DNA of 64,000 bases from Octopus sinensis. Its lineage: Eukaryota. The translations under genes and the position numbers were made by a program. This document shows, piece after piece, positions 38,571 to 52,600 of the stretch; position 1 is the first letter of the stretch, and every line of letters starts with the position of its first letter. A model generated the notes under the pieces. It saw nothing but the letters and a program-made list of their open reading frames with translations. It ran no database searches and was not told where the DNA came from. Location of the stretch: NCBI RefSeq assembly GCF_006345805.1, contig NC_043009.1:23870001-23934000 (forward strand), in the 5' to 3' direction.

Positions 38571-39016
38571 ATACAACAACAATAATACTTTAATTATATC
38601 CATCCTTCTATGCATTTTCTTCGCTCGTTGTTCTTACGAGTGCCATGAAAGATAGATTCCTCAGGTACGTCCCGCATATCGTCCTATCAGAAGTAACCTT
38701 TATTAATCTTTACCGGCTGGATTCCCAAACATGACCTACGTATTATCCAACCATCTCATTCTTGCTCTATATTTTTACTACCATAAGCATAATGCATTAA
38801 TGAACGTTCGATGGCTGGTTTAAATTTGAGGGTTAACTTGCTACTATTACCAGCCTCTGAACAATGACGTAGATGGACCCTAGTTGGTCATGTGTCCTGT
38901 AGCAGTTATTGTTGTTGATTTCTAGCCTTCTTTTTAAATATTTTATAAACAACTGTCGTATTTTTTAAAACTGTTTCTTTATTTTTTCATATTTATTCAT
39001 TTGTTTATTTATTTGT

Positions 39017-39051
<35 letters not shown>

Positions 39052-39511
39052 TTCATCAAGTGTTTTTTTCGCAGAATTTTGAAAAACCAAGCAAAAAAAA
39101 AAAGGAAAAGAAAAACTATGGTAACTTAAGAATCTCAAGTACACACACAAACAGACATACACACACACAGACACACACACAAACTACATACATGCACACG
39201 TAAACATAAGTGCTTGTGTATGTATTTGTATGTACGCTCCTATAGACAGCTGTGTCTGTTTATGCATACATACGTACATAGTATACACGTTCACACACAC
39301 ACACATATATAAGAAATGCATATACACACATAATGTATATATGTATATAAATGTATACGTATAAAATAAAAATTCTTGTATACACACACACATGTATATA
39401 TGAAAAATGATGTATATGCTTAAAATTCATATAGACACAGAAACACAGGCACACACACGCACACTCGCTGACACACACACACACACGCACACACACACAC
39501 ACACACGCACA

Positions 39512-39579
<68 letters not shown>

Positions 39580-39647
39580 CGTGTCTTCGTTCCTACATAA
39601 TTTAAACACCTTCAAACGCACACGCACGCATATTATACACGTATTAT

Positions 39648-39759
39648 ATGATAAAGATGGGTCTATTAATGTCACCTTTCCGATTATCAATATTATTCAT
39701 CTTCACATCATTGGCTGCCCTGGCTTTCTCCAAGAATGTTATACTCGACCAAACTGAAG
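39648..39759 (+). CDS. Gene C exon 1: signal peptide [37 protein letters not shown]
   Basis: Unique island between microsatellites; R + hydrophobic core + AFS cleavage motif; donor GAAG|gtaatt, phase 1; downstream exons not resolved. Confidence 0.65.
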
Positions 39760-39782
39760 GTAATTTAGCTGCTTCTATCTAC

Positions 39783-39962
<180 letters not shown>

Positions 39963-40161
39963 TTATCTTTCTGTCTGTCTGCCTGCCTGCCTGCCAGTCT
40001 GCCCGCCCGTCTGTCTGACTGTCTGCCTGTCTGCTTGTCTGACTGACTGACTGTCTGCTTGTTCGTCCGTCTTTCCGGTTGTCTGTCCATCAGACTGTCC
40101 GTCTCTCATTGCATGTGTGTGTTTGTATGTGTGAGTGTGTATGTATGTATGTATGTATGTG

Positions 40162-40200
<39 letters not shown>

Positions 40201-40389
40201 TTGTACGTGAGTTTAAGTATATATGCATATATACATATATAAAGGAAGTTTGTTTACCAAAGGTATGTTTCCGGGTTCAGTTCCTCTATTTGGCACCTAC
40301 GGCAAATGACTCCTATAGTGCCAGGCCTACAAACATCTTGTGAATGCATTTGAGAGTCAGAAACTGAATGAAGCCCGTCATATACATAT

Positions 40390-40495
<106 letters not shown>

Positions 40496-40988
40496 GCATA
40501 CATGTATGCATACATGTATGCATACATGCATGTATATATGTACATAAAAGTTATCAATTAATAATAATTATTAATAATAATAATTCTCATTAACTGATAT
40601 TTTTTACCTTTATCGGGGTTTTTTTACGCACGCTAAGCCACTGATATTACTATAAACAATAATATTCTCATATATATTTTTATGTATGTATATTTGTAAG
40701 TATTAATGTATATCTGCATATTTTGGCGAACAACATCAACCAATATTATGATGGATCTCCGAGACCCCCGAAACAGCTGTCGGACTTGTAACACCTTCTC
40801 TCCTTCCCTTTAATTCTCTAGGTTCGATTTCTTCAAAGCGGCGCTCCAGCATGGCAGCCGTCAAATGACTGACACAAACTAAAAGAATAAAAGTAAAAAG
40901 ATGTATGTATGTATGTATGTATGTGTGTTGTTTATATATATGTATATATATATCGATCTTATCCTTATGCATATAAATATATAAATAA

Positions 40989-41056
<68 letters not shown>

Positions 41057-41145
41057 CATAAGGATAAGATTGATATTTAAATACGATCGTATCAGGTGGC
41101 CAGCATGGGGATAAAAACCCTCAAAGGTAATAATTATTTAAAATT

Positions 41146-41348
41146 ATAATTTAGGGTATCTAAGAGATACCACCACGCTGGAAACAGCAGTCAAAACTTG
41201 ACTCTAAAACCACATTAAATGTTCATACAGCACCAGGAGAGAAGACAAAAGAACAAAATAAACTAGCATGAACATTTACCGTGGTTGTAGAGTCTAAGTT
41301 TGACTGCTATTTCCAGCGTGGTGGTATCTCTTAGATATCATAAATTAT
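41146..41348. mobile_element. Fold-back MITE-like element, 81-bp inverted arms, 41-bp spacer
   Basis: 41146-41226 is the reverse complement of 41268-41348 at ~90% identity. Confidence 0.85.
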
Positions 41349-42074
41349 GATTGTTCTCTTACTTTATTATCATCTTATAATCTCATAATCTTATATCATC
41401 TCATAATAATGACTTTTATGACTCGTATTACTACCTCAGTCAATCTATATGTATATATTTGTCGCTACCTGTCATAAATAGCCTTTTTCTATCTGCAATA
41501 TGCATTTTCGTTGATTTTTCATATTTTACCCTTACATTTCCTCGTGTATTTTATATTTTCTTTTCGTAACATATTTCTACTATATATATATATATATATA
41601 TATCTGAGAGTGAAGGGAGAGAAATCTTGTTTAGTGTAATTGAGTTATCTTTTCTTCTCTATAAACATTCATGCATACATTGTATGAATACATTATACAT
41701 GCATAGCGATCTGTGACTGTGGGCTTGAATCTCGGACCAGATAACGCGTTGTGTTCTGGAGTAAAACATTTCGTCTCACGTTGTTCTTTAATCACATCGA
41801 CATCTCACCTGTGGCATACCGTCTACCTGCTCAGATAAGGGCGTGTTTTTGGAGAGAGTGTGATAATTTGCAGCGGAAACATTTAATCTCTATAAACAAA
41901 TTATTTGTACAAGTCGTTCAGTAAGAAAATCCAGAACCATCTCTCTCGGACTCAAGAGGCTATCAATTATACTTATGTGGCTGTTTATCTCTCTTTGTAT
42001 GTCTTGTTTGTCCGTCCGTCCCTTTTTCTCCGCCCGTTCGTCCATTGTCTCTTGTTTCTTTGCATCCATACTAC

Positions 42075-42174
42075 NNNNNNNNNNNNNNNNNNNNNNNNNN
42101 NNNNNNNNNNNNNNNNNNNNNNNNNNNNNNNNNNNNNNNNNNNNNNNNNNNNNNNNNNNNNNNNNNNNNNNNNN
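42075..42174. other. Assembly gap (100 N; true size unknown)
   Basis: Run of exactly 100 N. Confidence 1.
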
Positions 42175-42204
42175 TATTAACAGTAAGTATACATACTTAC
42201 ATAC

Positions 42205-42284
<80 letters not shown>

Positions 42285-43572
42285 TGGTACAATAAAGCAC
42301 CAATGTTTACTGGAAATAGCAATATTAAAGCTTTAATGTGTGTATACTGGCAAAGACGTGTGAGGGTAGCAAACATAAAAAAGATTGTCTTATCTCTAAA
42401 AAGAACATTAAATAAAAGGATAACCCAGAATCGGATAATCCAGTACCTGTTATCGTAAATTTGATTAGACTTCATCAGCTAGATTTACCTGGACAATATT
42501 TCAAATGTTGCTACATCAATGCCTGTACACTCGCTTGAACGCTTAGCCGTTAACAGAGTGAGAATACTGAAAAGATTTTGAATGAAAAATAAAATATTGC
42601 AATGCAAATGTAGTACTTTCCAGTTAAATAAAGCACAGTAAAGGTAGAAGTATAAATATAGAGTAGTGGTGCAACTAAGCACCAATGTTTACTGGAAATA
42701 ACAGTCGATATATTTGCAACGTTATAGTAAAGCTTCAATGTGTATATACTGGCAAAGACGTGTAAGGGCAGAAAAAATGGATGCGTGGCTTTCAATTAAA
42801 TAATAATATAAATAATATATATGTATATATTTCAGTATGAGTTAGAGGTTAAGAAACCATCTAAGGGATATTAAATATCCAATATACTACTGGATGTGTA
42901 CCTCCGTATTTTTAACCAAGTGCTTACTATTGCATGGCAATATTGGAATTGAATACTAGGTATGGGTGGGGGTGAATTGGAAATTTACCCAGGATTTATA
43001 AGGCAAATAAGAAAATGGAGGGGATATATGATGTTTAATAAATAGATATAATGGAATATTTACTGGCTGATGTTTTTCGATTTTATATCCCCCTCCATTT
43101 TCTTATTTGCAACATACACACACACACACACACATGTATGTATGTATGTATGTATGTATGAATGTATGTATGTATGTATGTATGTATGTATGTATATATA
43201 TATAATATTTTGTAAAGAAAGAGATTGCTCTTTCCAGAGATATCTTACATCATAGCTTCCTACGGTTTATCCATATGTCTGTCAATACTGGAATTTGTCG
43301 CTGCGCGTTAGTATTAGCGTTTAACAGACACCAGTACTATACACATTATGGAGTTCCAGTAGTCCCTATAGATGTTTCCATCTGATTCGATAAAGAAAAT
43401 GGAGGGTATGACTATAGCAAAATCAATTTATTTATATAACTGTCGATTACGTAATGCCTACAACCGTTTCATTATCCATCTTCACTTATTATACAATTAA
43501 TAATTGCGTTATGAGTTCCAAAGGCAGATATCTCTTCAGTGCCCAAATCAACATATTTATCTTACCATCCTA

Positions 43573-43607
<35 letters not shown>

Positions 43608-43816
43608 TGTATGTATGTATGTATGTATGTATGCATGTATGTATGTATGTATGTATATGGATGTATATGTGTGACAAACTTCTGCACACCTCATGTCCAC
43701 CGAATATGCTCACAAGCCATTAATCTGCTTATGGCTATAGTAGAAGTCAAGGTTCCACTCAGTAAAACCAAACCTGTACCCACGTCGTTCCGGAGTTGAC
43801 TCCTTAAAACATTCCC

Positions 43817-43885
<69 letters not shown>

Positions 43886-43890
43886 CCTTT

Positions 43891-43935
<45 letters not shown>

Positions 43936-43946
43936 ATGTCTATCTA

Positions 43947-44000
<54 letters not shown>

Positions 44001-44685
44001 CCTACCTATCTATCTATCTATCCGTCTGTCTTTATGCAGACTAATGCCAAATCCATCTTCTGGTTCATTCATCTATCACTTTTATCTCAACCGACACTAC
44101 GAAATTTCTGTAGTAGATCCAGCGGAAATATACTCCAATTGTGGATGGCTCAAGGTAGCCCAAACAGTGAAGGTGCCCTACTCAACACACTAAATAACAT
44201 ATACCCATTAATCTCCCCAAAATCATACGCACACAAACACACACACAATCAGTGACGTGGGGCCCAATATGGGTTCCTCCAAATTGTATTTACTGTTTGA
44301 GAATGATTTTATTATTTTTCGGTATCTCGGTTTCTCATCATTGATCCTTAGAAACATTGTGAATTTAATAAACGAATTTCTTTATATGGAAATTTTTTTA
44401 AATTGTTAGTAATCTGTATTTATAAAGGCAGCGGGCTGGTAATATCATTATCATGCGGCATTTTGTCAGTCTACGTTGTGAGTTCAAATTCTGTCGACCT
44501 TCCCTTTAATCTTTTCAGAGTCGACAAAATATGTACCAGTTGAACACAGGGGTCGATGTAATCGACTTACACACTTCCCCGAACTTGCAGCCCAGATGCC
44601 AAAATTTGAATTATGTATGTATGTATGTATGTATGTATTTATGTATGTAGGTTTGGCTGCCAGCGTTTCAAAAATTAAAGTCTCT

Positions 44686-45098
44686 TTACTCTTACTCTTT
44701 TACTCTTTTACTTGTTTAAGTCATCTGACTGTGGCCATGCTGGAGCTTTAGTCGACCAAATCGAGCCCAGGAATTATTCTTTGTAAGACTAGTACTTATT
44801 CTATCGGTCTCTTTTGCCGAACCGCTAAGTTTCGGGGACGTAAACACACCAGCATCGGTTGTCAAGCAATGTTGGGGGTACAAGCACAGACACACATACA
44901 TACATATATATACATATGGTGGAAGAGCGCAGGAGTGGCTGTGTGGTAAGTAGCATGCTTACCGACCACATGGTTCCGGGTTCAGTCCCACTGCGTGGCA
45001 CCTTGGGCAAGTGTCTTCTACTATAGCCTCGGACCGACCAAAGCCTTGTGAGTGGATTTGGTAGACGGAAACTGAAAGAAGCCCGTCGTAAGTATATG

Positions 45099-45129
<31 letters not shown>

Positions 45130-45600
45130 AAGTGTTTGTGTGTCTCTGTTTGTCCCCCTAGCATTGCTAGACAACCGATGCTGGTGTGGTTATGTCCCCG
45201 TTACTTAACGGTTCGGCAAAAGAGCCCGATAGAATAAGTACTGGGCTTACAAAAGAATAAGTCCTGGGTCGAGTTGCTCGATTAAAGGCGGTGCTCCAGC
45301 ATGGCCGCAGTCAAATGACTGAAAAAGTAAAAGAGAGAGTAAAGAGTATATATATGTATATATATATATATTATATATATTATATATATATATATATAAT
45401 ATATATATATACACATATATATATATATATACATATACGACGGGCTTCTTTCAGTTTGCGTCTACCAATCCACTCACAAGGCTTTTGGTCGGCCCGAGGC
45501 AATAGTAGAGGACACTTGCCCAAGGTGGCACCAGTGGGACTGAACCCGGAACCATGTGGTTCGTTAGCAAGCTACTTACCACACATCTACTCCTACGCCT
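44686..45600. mobile_element. Three SINE family 2 copies: 3' half (-, 44686-44900), full (+, 44925-45345), 5' half (-, 45432-45600)
   Basis: Mutual similarity; opposite orientations. Confidence 0.88.
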
Positions 45601-46455
45601 ATTCAAAATTTTAAAATTTGGCACAATAACATACTTTTCCAAGTTGAATTTCTGGAGTTATATATTTTTCCAGAAAAATGTTTTTAAAAAGTGATACGGG
45701 TTTAAAGTTTGATTATTTTCAAACAGTCAGGAATCAGGATTTGGAAGCTGTCATTTTGTGCGTGACTGCACATTCTGTTGTCAGCATCCTGAAAATAGCT
45801 CGTGTTTGCCAATAATTGTAAACAACACTTGTTTCGAAGCTTGAAGCGTTCAATATGCATTTAATGCGATAACACGCACTTAAAAGATTTCTCTCAAAAA
45901 CGTTATTTCGGTGTTATTTTTAGCACAGCTCACAACCACCTCCATAACAAAAAGAAACGAGTAAACAAGTAGTTTTAAGCATTCGATAGAATTCGAAGAA
46001 ACAAATCAAGTCCAGGATACGAAGAGAAAACTATTCGAGTTTAGGATGAGTTTCCCATGTTTAGGTATCACATTTCCTCAAGTAGTAACTACTTGAAAAC
46101 CTATCATCAATGATACGAAAAAAAAAATGCTTTACAACATTACGTTGTGACTCTTAACGTTGCGAATTGAAACACTGCCGTGGTCAATTTTGCCTTTCAT
46201 TCTTTTGGGGTCGATAAAATAAAGTATGAGCCAAGCACTTAAGTCGATTACATTTATTTAAGTCTTCCTCTCAAATGTTACTGACCTTGAAGCTTGCGAC
46301 GCAAAGGTGTCACTTGCAGGAAAATGCTGCGATTTCGGTGTTTTATACGCCCCCCACCAAAAAAACCGAGTAACCCGCTTTATAAATCCAGGCCTCAATA
46401 ATGTAATATAATTGTAATATAATATAATATATAAAATATAATATTATAATATATA

Positions 46456-46504
<49 letters not shown>

Positions 46505-46513
<9 letters not shown>

Positions 46514-46685
46514 CACTTCACATTCTTTATTTCCCTCCTTGTTTCTTTCTGTGTTCTTATCGGTGGAAGAGCGTAAGCTCGAAACGCTAAAGACCTTTTC
46601 ACTTCCTGAGCGTTAAACTAATACATCTGTTTGTTATCTACACCACCTGTCTTCAATTATTGTTTTTTTGTGAATTCTCCCATAT
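46505..46685 (+). mobile_element. Solo Penelope-type terminal repeat (family P2)
   Basis: gaagagcgtaagctcgaaacg...cctgagcgttaaactaatacatctg matches 53090-53200. Confidence 0.75.
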
Positions 46686-46699
46686 ATATATATTTATAT

Positions 46700-48015
46700 A
46701 TAAGGTTGAAAAGTAATGTATGAGTTGATATGTATAAAGAAAATAAGTCAAGGTAGAAAATACTAAAATGATTTTAACATGAAATACATTTTGTGATGGT
46801 TAGTACGATTTTCAGTCATCTCGACTCTTTCAACTAATATGAAAACAAAGGTGGTTATTAATTAAGAAGTAAAACAATTAAATTGAAGAAAATGTGAAGT
46901 GAAATATTTTCTAAATATTTCCATAGTCTTCAAATAGGTAGAACATTTTCTTTTTGTCTGTCTGCCTGTCTGTCTTTCTTTTCCTGTGTGAACGCTCGGT
47001 AGGTAGTAGCAGATCTGAAGAAATAGTTCTGTGGAATCTACTTTAATAGTCAATTGACCTAAACGTGACTTATTGTGGTTGTAGCAGTACTGGTAGGAAC
47101 TGTTGTAAATAAATTCATGGATAGCGACTGTTTTAATGCATCTATCGTTTTTAATATTTGCTTGGGTATTATTCTAAGATCCTTGTAGTAGTACCATCTG
47201 TAGTGGAAGCATTCAAAAGAGGTTTATATTTTGTGATGAAATATGATTCTAAGCTAATGCGCTGATTAAAGGTTGTATTGTTCCTAAATTCATTGCGGGA
47301 AAACATTCTAAAGTTTGGTTAGTGGCGCAAATGTCGATATGTTCATTTAATACTATTTTTTCGTATTCCCAAATTTTAATCTAGAAGCTATGTACGGTCA
47401 TCCTCTGGCGTAGCCGGTTTTAGTTTGACCAATATATTGCTCTCGGCACCCTGAATAAGTGAACACATATATCAGGTTTTCCGAAGCACGCGTGAAATTG
47501 TTTTGCACTGTAAAACGTTGACCCTGTTTGAAGGAGAACTCCGATTCCTCAATTAGGTTGACGCATATACTACAGCTAGGTCTTCCGCTTTTTATATTGT
47601 CGGTTTCGATGTTTTGACGAGTACACTCGGGCTTGTGTTAGAATAATTTTCATTGACTTGGGTTGTCCTTTACTCTTTATAACGGCGTGCGTTTGATTCG
47701 TTCTATGGTCCGTTTTAGCAAAGGAATGTTCTGAAGGTTGGTGTCGAAGGCCTCATTGTTTAGGAGTTTGTGGGTGGGTATTTATGGCAGGACTTTTGGC
47801 TGTAATTCCTTCTTTAGTTTGGGACCTCTGAGCTCGTGGATGTTGAATTTCAGTGCATGTTGAAAACCTATATCAATTAATGATGGTGGGTAATTCCTAC
47901 TGATGAGTGTATCCTTTAGCTCATGTAGTTTGTGTCTCTGGTGCTTGTATCTGATACTATAGCGCAAATCCTTTTTGCCAGGTTAATTCATTCTAGTGCG
48001 TCTGGGGTGGCATGA
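46700..48015 (-). mobile_element. Older Penelope-like fragment (RT C-terminus + GIY-YIG + 3' tail), related to 59925-62105
   Basis: ELKDTLISRNYPPSLID; nucleotide similarity to 60200-60750; many stops. Confidence 0.8.
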
Positions 48016-48168
48016 GTTGAACGGTAGATATTGCTTGGAGTCCGTGGACTTATATATATATATATATATAGTATATGCGCGTGTGTATATATATATATGT
48101 GTGTGTATACATACATATACATACATACGCACATATATGTATTTATATATATATATATATATATATAT

Positions 48169-48229
<61 letters not shown>

Positions 48230-48242
48230 ATATTTGTAAGCC

Positions 48243-49242
48243 CGGGTGCGTTGCGTTCCGTTACTTAATAAATGGAAGTTGTGAAGAATATAGAGATGAG
48301 AGCAAGAAAACAATATAGAGTGGCCTTTTGAAAGTAAATAAATGTAATTCAAGATGATAGAGTCTTAAGTCAAAACAAGCAAGAAACGAGCAAAATATAG
48401 CCTAAGGGCCAAAAAGACGAAAATGGTGGGTAACGCTTAGAAGGCACCCATAAGAATTTGAAAACAATAAACAGCAAAACAGTGGGACACAAAATTCACG
48501 GCCGGTCAACTATGCAACCGGTGTGAGAAAGGGGGGGACGAAGAAGGTGGGCTGACCATGGGACACGTGATAGCAGTAGTCAGAGGAAAAAGAAGACAAG
48601 AGAGAAAGGAGAGAGCAAGCGACAGAGAGAAAATAAGGGAAGGGATGAATTGAGGGAAAGGAGAAAGGAGGAAATCAAGAAATCAAGGAAAAAGAATGAA
48701 GGCTAGAAATAGAAGTAAGATAGCAAGCGATTAAAGGGAAGGAGAAAGAACTAGAGTCGCATGGATATATAAAAATTACTGTTGATAAAAGCTAGGGTGC
48801 GTTCCGTTCTGTTACATAATAAATGAAAAAAATGTATTGTAAATAGACAACGACAGGGTAGAAAAAAACGACCACCGAGTATACAATCGGACGTGAGACA
48901 CACAGAAAGTCCCTAATTCTTCATCAGTTATCGACCTACTGGTAATATTCAGTTTCACACCACTTGATCCGTGGCCGGCTCTCCTTTCTCTCCCTTTTCA
49001 CACTGACCGATCGTAAATTCTCTGTGTTCCAATGTCTTGCTATTTGCTATTTTCTAATCCTTCAGAGTGCCATCTAAGCGTTACCCACCCTTCTCGTTTT
49101 TTTGGCCCTAAGGCTATATTTTGCTCGTTTCTTGCTTGTTTCGTCCTTGTCCATCGCCTTAAGTGACATTTATTTACTTTCGTATGCTCATTCTGTATTG
49201 TTTTGTTTGCTCTCGGCCCTATATTTTCCTCGTTACATATAA
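48243..49242. repeat. Long inverted repeat (~250-bp arms, ~500-bp spacer), probably Penelope pLTR-derived
   Basis: aacaagcaagaaacgagcaaaatatagcct.agggcc...gggtaacgcttaga at ~48375 is the reverse complement of ~49075-49140; similarity extends ~48260-48510 vs ~49005-49240. Confidence 0.8.
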
Positions 49243-49249
49243 AACGTCA

Positions 49250-49552
49250 CCCTTTTGAAGCCTAGCCAGGCTCATGGGCCCGGTTTCCCGGTTTTGTGGC
49301 GTATGTGTTCCCCCCAGCTGGACGGGACGCCAGTCCATCGCAGCGTTACTCAAGAAACAGGAAGAGAGAGTGAGAGAAAATTGGGGCAAAAGAGTACAAC
49401 AGGGGTCGCCACTACCCCCTGCCGGAGACTCGTGGAGCTTTTAGGTGTTTTCGCTCAGTAAACACACACAACACCCGGTCTGGAAATCGAAACCGCGATC
49501 CTCCGTCCGCAAGCCCGCTGCCATAACCACTGGGCCACTGAGCCGCCACTTC
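49250..49552 (-). mobile_element. SINE family 3 (V-domain-like), full length
   Basis: A box TGGCCCAGTGG, B box GGTTTCGATTTCC, GCGATGGACTGGCGTCCCGTCCAG core. Confidence 0.88.
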
Positions 49553-49555
49553 GTT

Positions 49556-49592
<37 letters not shown>

Positions 49593-49647
49593 CATATATA
49601 TATACATATACATACATACATACATACATGCATACATGCATACATAT

Positions 49648-52600
49648 ATTTCTATTCCTGAGCGCCATACTAATACATTTGTTTGTTTGTACTCCACCTG
49701 CCTTCGTCTTTTGCTTATTTTCGTAAACCTTTCCGTTATATATCACGCGCTCACGTGGTCTCAATTTTATCCTATATTCTACCACTACCACTACCAACTC
49801 TTACTTTTCCTCGACGGACACTAACCTCTCCATTGAATTTTTTTACCTCTAAGAACACCTACCCTCTGGCTGCACTTCTCCTACACGGATCAAAGTGACT
49901 TTGTTATTGATGTGAAATCCTTGAAATACACCACGACGTTTACACTTTTAACCTTGAACTTGTTCGTAAAAACTGTCTCTTTCGTTTTCATTTTTTTCAT
50001 TTTATTTTTCTCATATATTATTTTTTTACATTCATTTCATACTTTCCACACTTCCTGTATTTTTTGTCCTTTCTATCGCCTCTTCCTTCTCTGGATGTCC
50101 ATACTCTGTTCTCTCTGCTTGCACCCGCTTATTTTTGCCTCCTTCTGTCTCTCTGCTTCCTTTCTTTTCTTTTCTTTTCTTTTTCTATTTGTCCCATTTT
50201 CTTTGCCTTTATTTTATGCTTCTACCGCCTTTTTTTTATCTAGTTTTTTTCTCTCTTTTTTTTCGCGATTCCACCATGCCGGATTATAAATCCTACCTCC
50301 TCACTCTCCACCATCGTCTGAAAGATTACCTCTGCTTACTTCCTTCCAAAAGCTTTCAGCCGTCCATTAACCTCTCTCTTCTCCTTTTAAAAAAAAACCC
50401 GCTTCTCTAGCCACGTCTCTTTTCTAAGCCGCTGCCTACATCACCGCCTCATCCCTAAAGGTTTCCGCTTCCATTTCCACCCTGCTCTCCACTCTGCTTC
50501 ATCCATCCTACCGCCTTATGCGTGCCACCATTCGCTCCAATCTCTCTAAACTACATACCATCGACTGCATTCTCCCTCCTGCTTTTTCCATCTTTTTCTC
50601 CTCTCTGCCGCCCTCCATGCTCAAAACACGTTGCGCTTCATTATCTATTTAAATCACCTCTTTCATCAATTTCTTTCCAATACCAAACTTCGTAAACTCC
50701 AATCACTCCTCTATTCCATCACACCCGACGCCACTACCCCAACTCCTCTACTACCCTTCTCCCCCCCGATAGGCTCCACTCACCCACACCTAAACCCACT
50801 GTCCCTCATAACAACCCCCCACACACCTCCCCACTCCCTCTCCCTCAGACCTCCACCAGCCCTACCAGCCCTCCTACTCCTATTTCATCCACGCCTCCTA
50901 CTTCTATTCGATCCACCCCTTCTCCACTTCAGTCTGTTATTACGATTCCTCCAGACCTTCCCCTCTCTGCGGCGGAACGCTCCGTCTTCAGTAGGGGTCT
51001 GCGTTTCATCCCCCTCACTCCATCCTGTAAGAAATTCCAGACGCGTGCTGATGTCAACAGCTTTGTGCGCCGCGACCGGTTGGGTGCGTTTTTCCGCGAC
51101 ATACCACCCACACCCAACGAGGAGGACTGCTTCACTGACCTGGGCCGCCGACGATCCCAGTGGACGCCTGCCCCCGGCCAGTTCCAAGCAGTGGATCTTT
51201 TCGCGGGTGCCTGTCAGCGCGCGTTGGAGCGGTTCAATTTCTCCAGGCGCCACCGCCGCCTCAACATCTCCCCGGCCGAGCTCTCGGCTCTTCGTTCCCT
51301 CCGACGGCGCACTGACATTGTCAACAAACCGGCCGACAAGGGTGGAGCTGTGGTGGTGTGGAGCGCGGACCTCTACAGGGCCGAGGCGTTCCGCCAACTC
51401 AATGACACCTCCTTCTACTTCCCTCTGCCCTCTAACCCCACACGTAGCTACCAACAGACGGTATCCTCTACTGTCCGCGACCTCATCTCGTCCTCCCGTC
51501 TCCCCCGCACCGCATCCAACCTAATTGTGCGAACCCCACGTACCCCCACCATTTACTTCCTCCCCAAAATCCCCAAACCCAACAACCCTAGCCGCCCCAT
51601 CGTCTCCGCCTGTAACTGCCCCACGGAGCTCATCTCAAAATATCTCGACCGTGTCCTTGCCCCCCAAGTGGTGTCTCTTCCCTCTCACATCTACGACACC
51701 AACCATGCTATCCGGCTTTTCAACTCTTTCTTCTTTCTTCCCGGCTCCTCCAAACTCCTCTTTACAATGGACATCTAGAGCCTCTATACCGTCATCCCTC
51801 ACCACGAAGGACTGTGGGCACTTCAACACTTTCTCGACCTCCGCCCCAACCCCGAACCCGACACCTCTACACTCATTCTTCTGGCCGAACTTGTCCTTTC
51901 TCTTAACTGCTTCTCGTTCGCGGGCGAGTTCTACCAAAAGGTCTCGGGAGTGGCCATGGGAACGCGAATGGGCCCCAACTACGCGAACCTGTTCGTTGGC
52001 TATGTTGAGGCCAAATATTCTTTAGTTTCATTGGTCCCACTCCCGAACTATACGGTCATTACATTGAAGACATTATCGGTGCCACCTCACTCTCCCGTGA
52101 ACATCTAGACTCCTTCCTCTCTTTCGTTTAATCCTTCCATCCTGGCCTCCACTTCACCTGCACTATCTCCAACACCTCTGTCTCCTTCCTCGACATTTCG
52201 GTCAGCATTCATCACTCCACTCTTACCCTCCATCACGACAAACACCAGCCTCAAACACCACCCTCACACTCATCTAAAACTTCTTTCTCCCCTCTCTCTC
52301 CCTCTCCCTCTCCCGTCTCCTCCCTCCCCTACCTCTCCTCTCCCTACCTCTCATCCTCTCCTACCTCTCTCCTCCCCTTACTCTCTCCGCTCCCCCTACC
52401 TCTCCTCCTCTCTCTACCACTCCCCTCCTCTCCGCCGTCCGCTCCCCCACCTCCTCTCCTCCTCTCCCTCCTTCTCCTCCTCTCCCTTCTTCTCCTCCCC
52501 TCCCTTCTTCTCCTCATCTCCCCCTCCTCCCCATCTTCTCTCCCCCTCCCCTCTCTTCTCTCCCCCACTCACTGTCCCCACAACCACCACTTTACCCCAA

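Noticed and set aside
43235-44255. Candidate + strand exons at 43235 and 44040 for gene C
   Set aside because: Acceptors exist, but frames are short or phase-incompatible and there is no way to choose among them without transcripts
48925-48950. CTGATGA on the - strand as a hammerhead core
   Set aside because: No downstream stem II-GAAA arrangement
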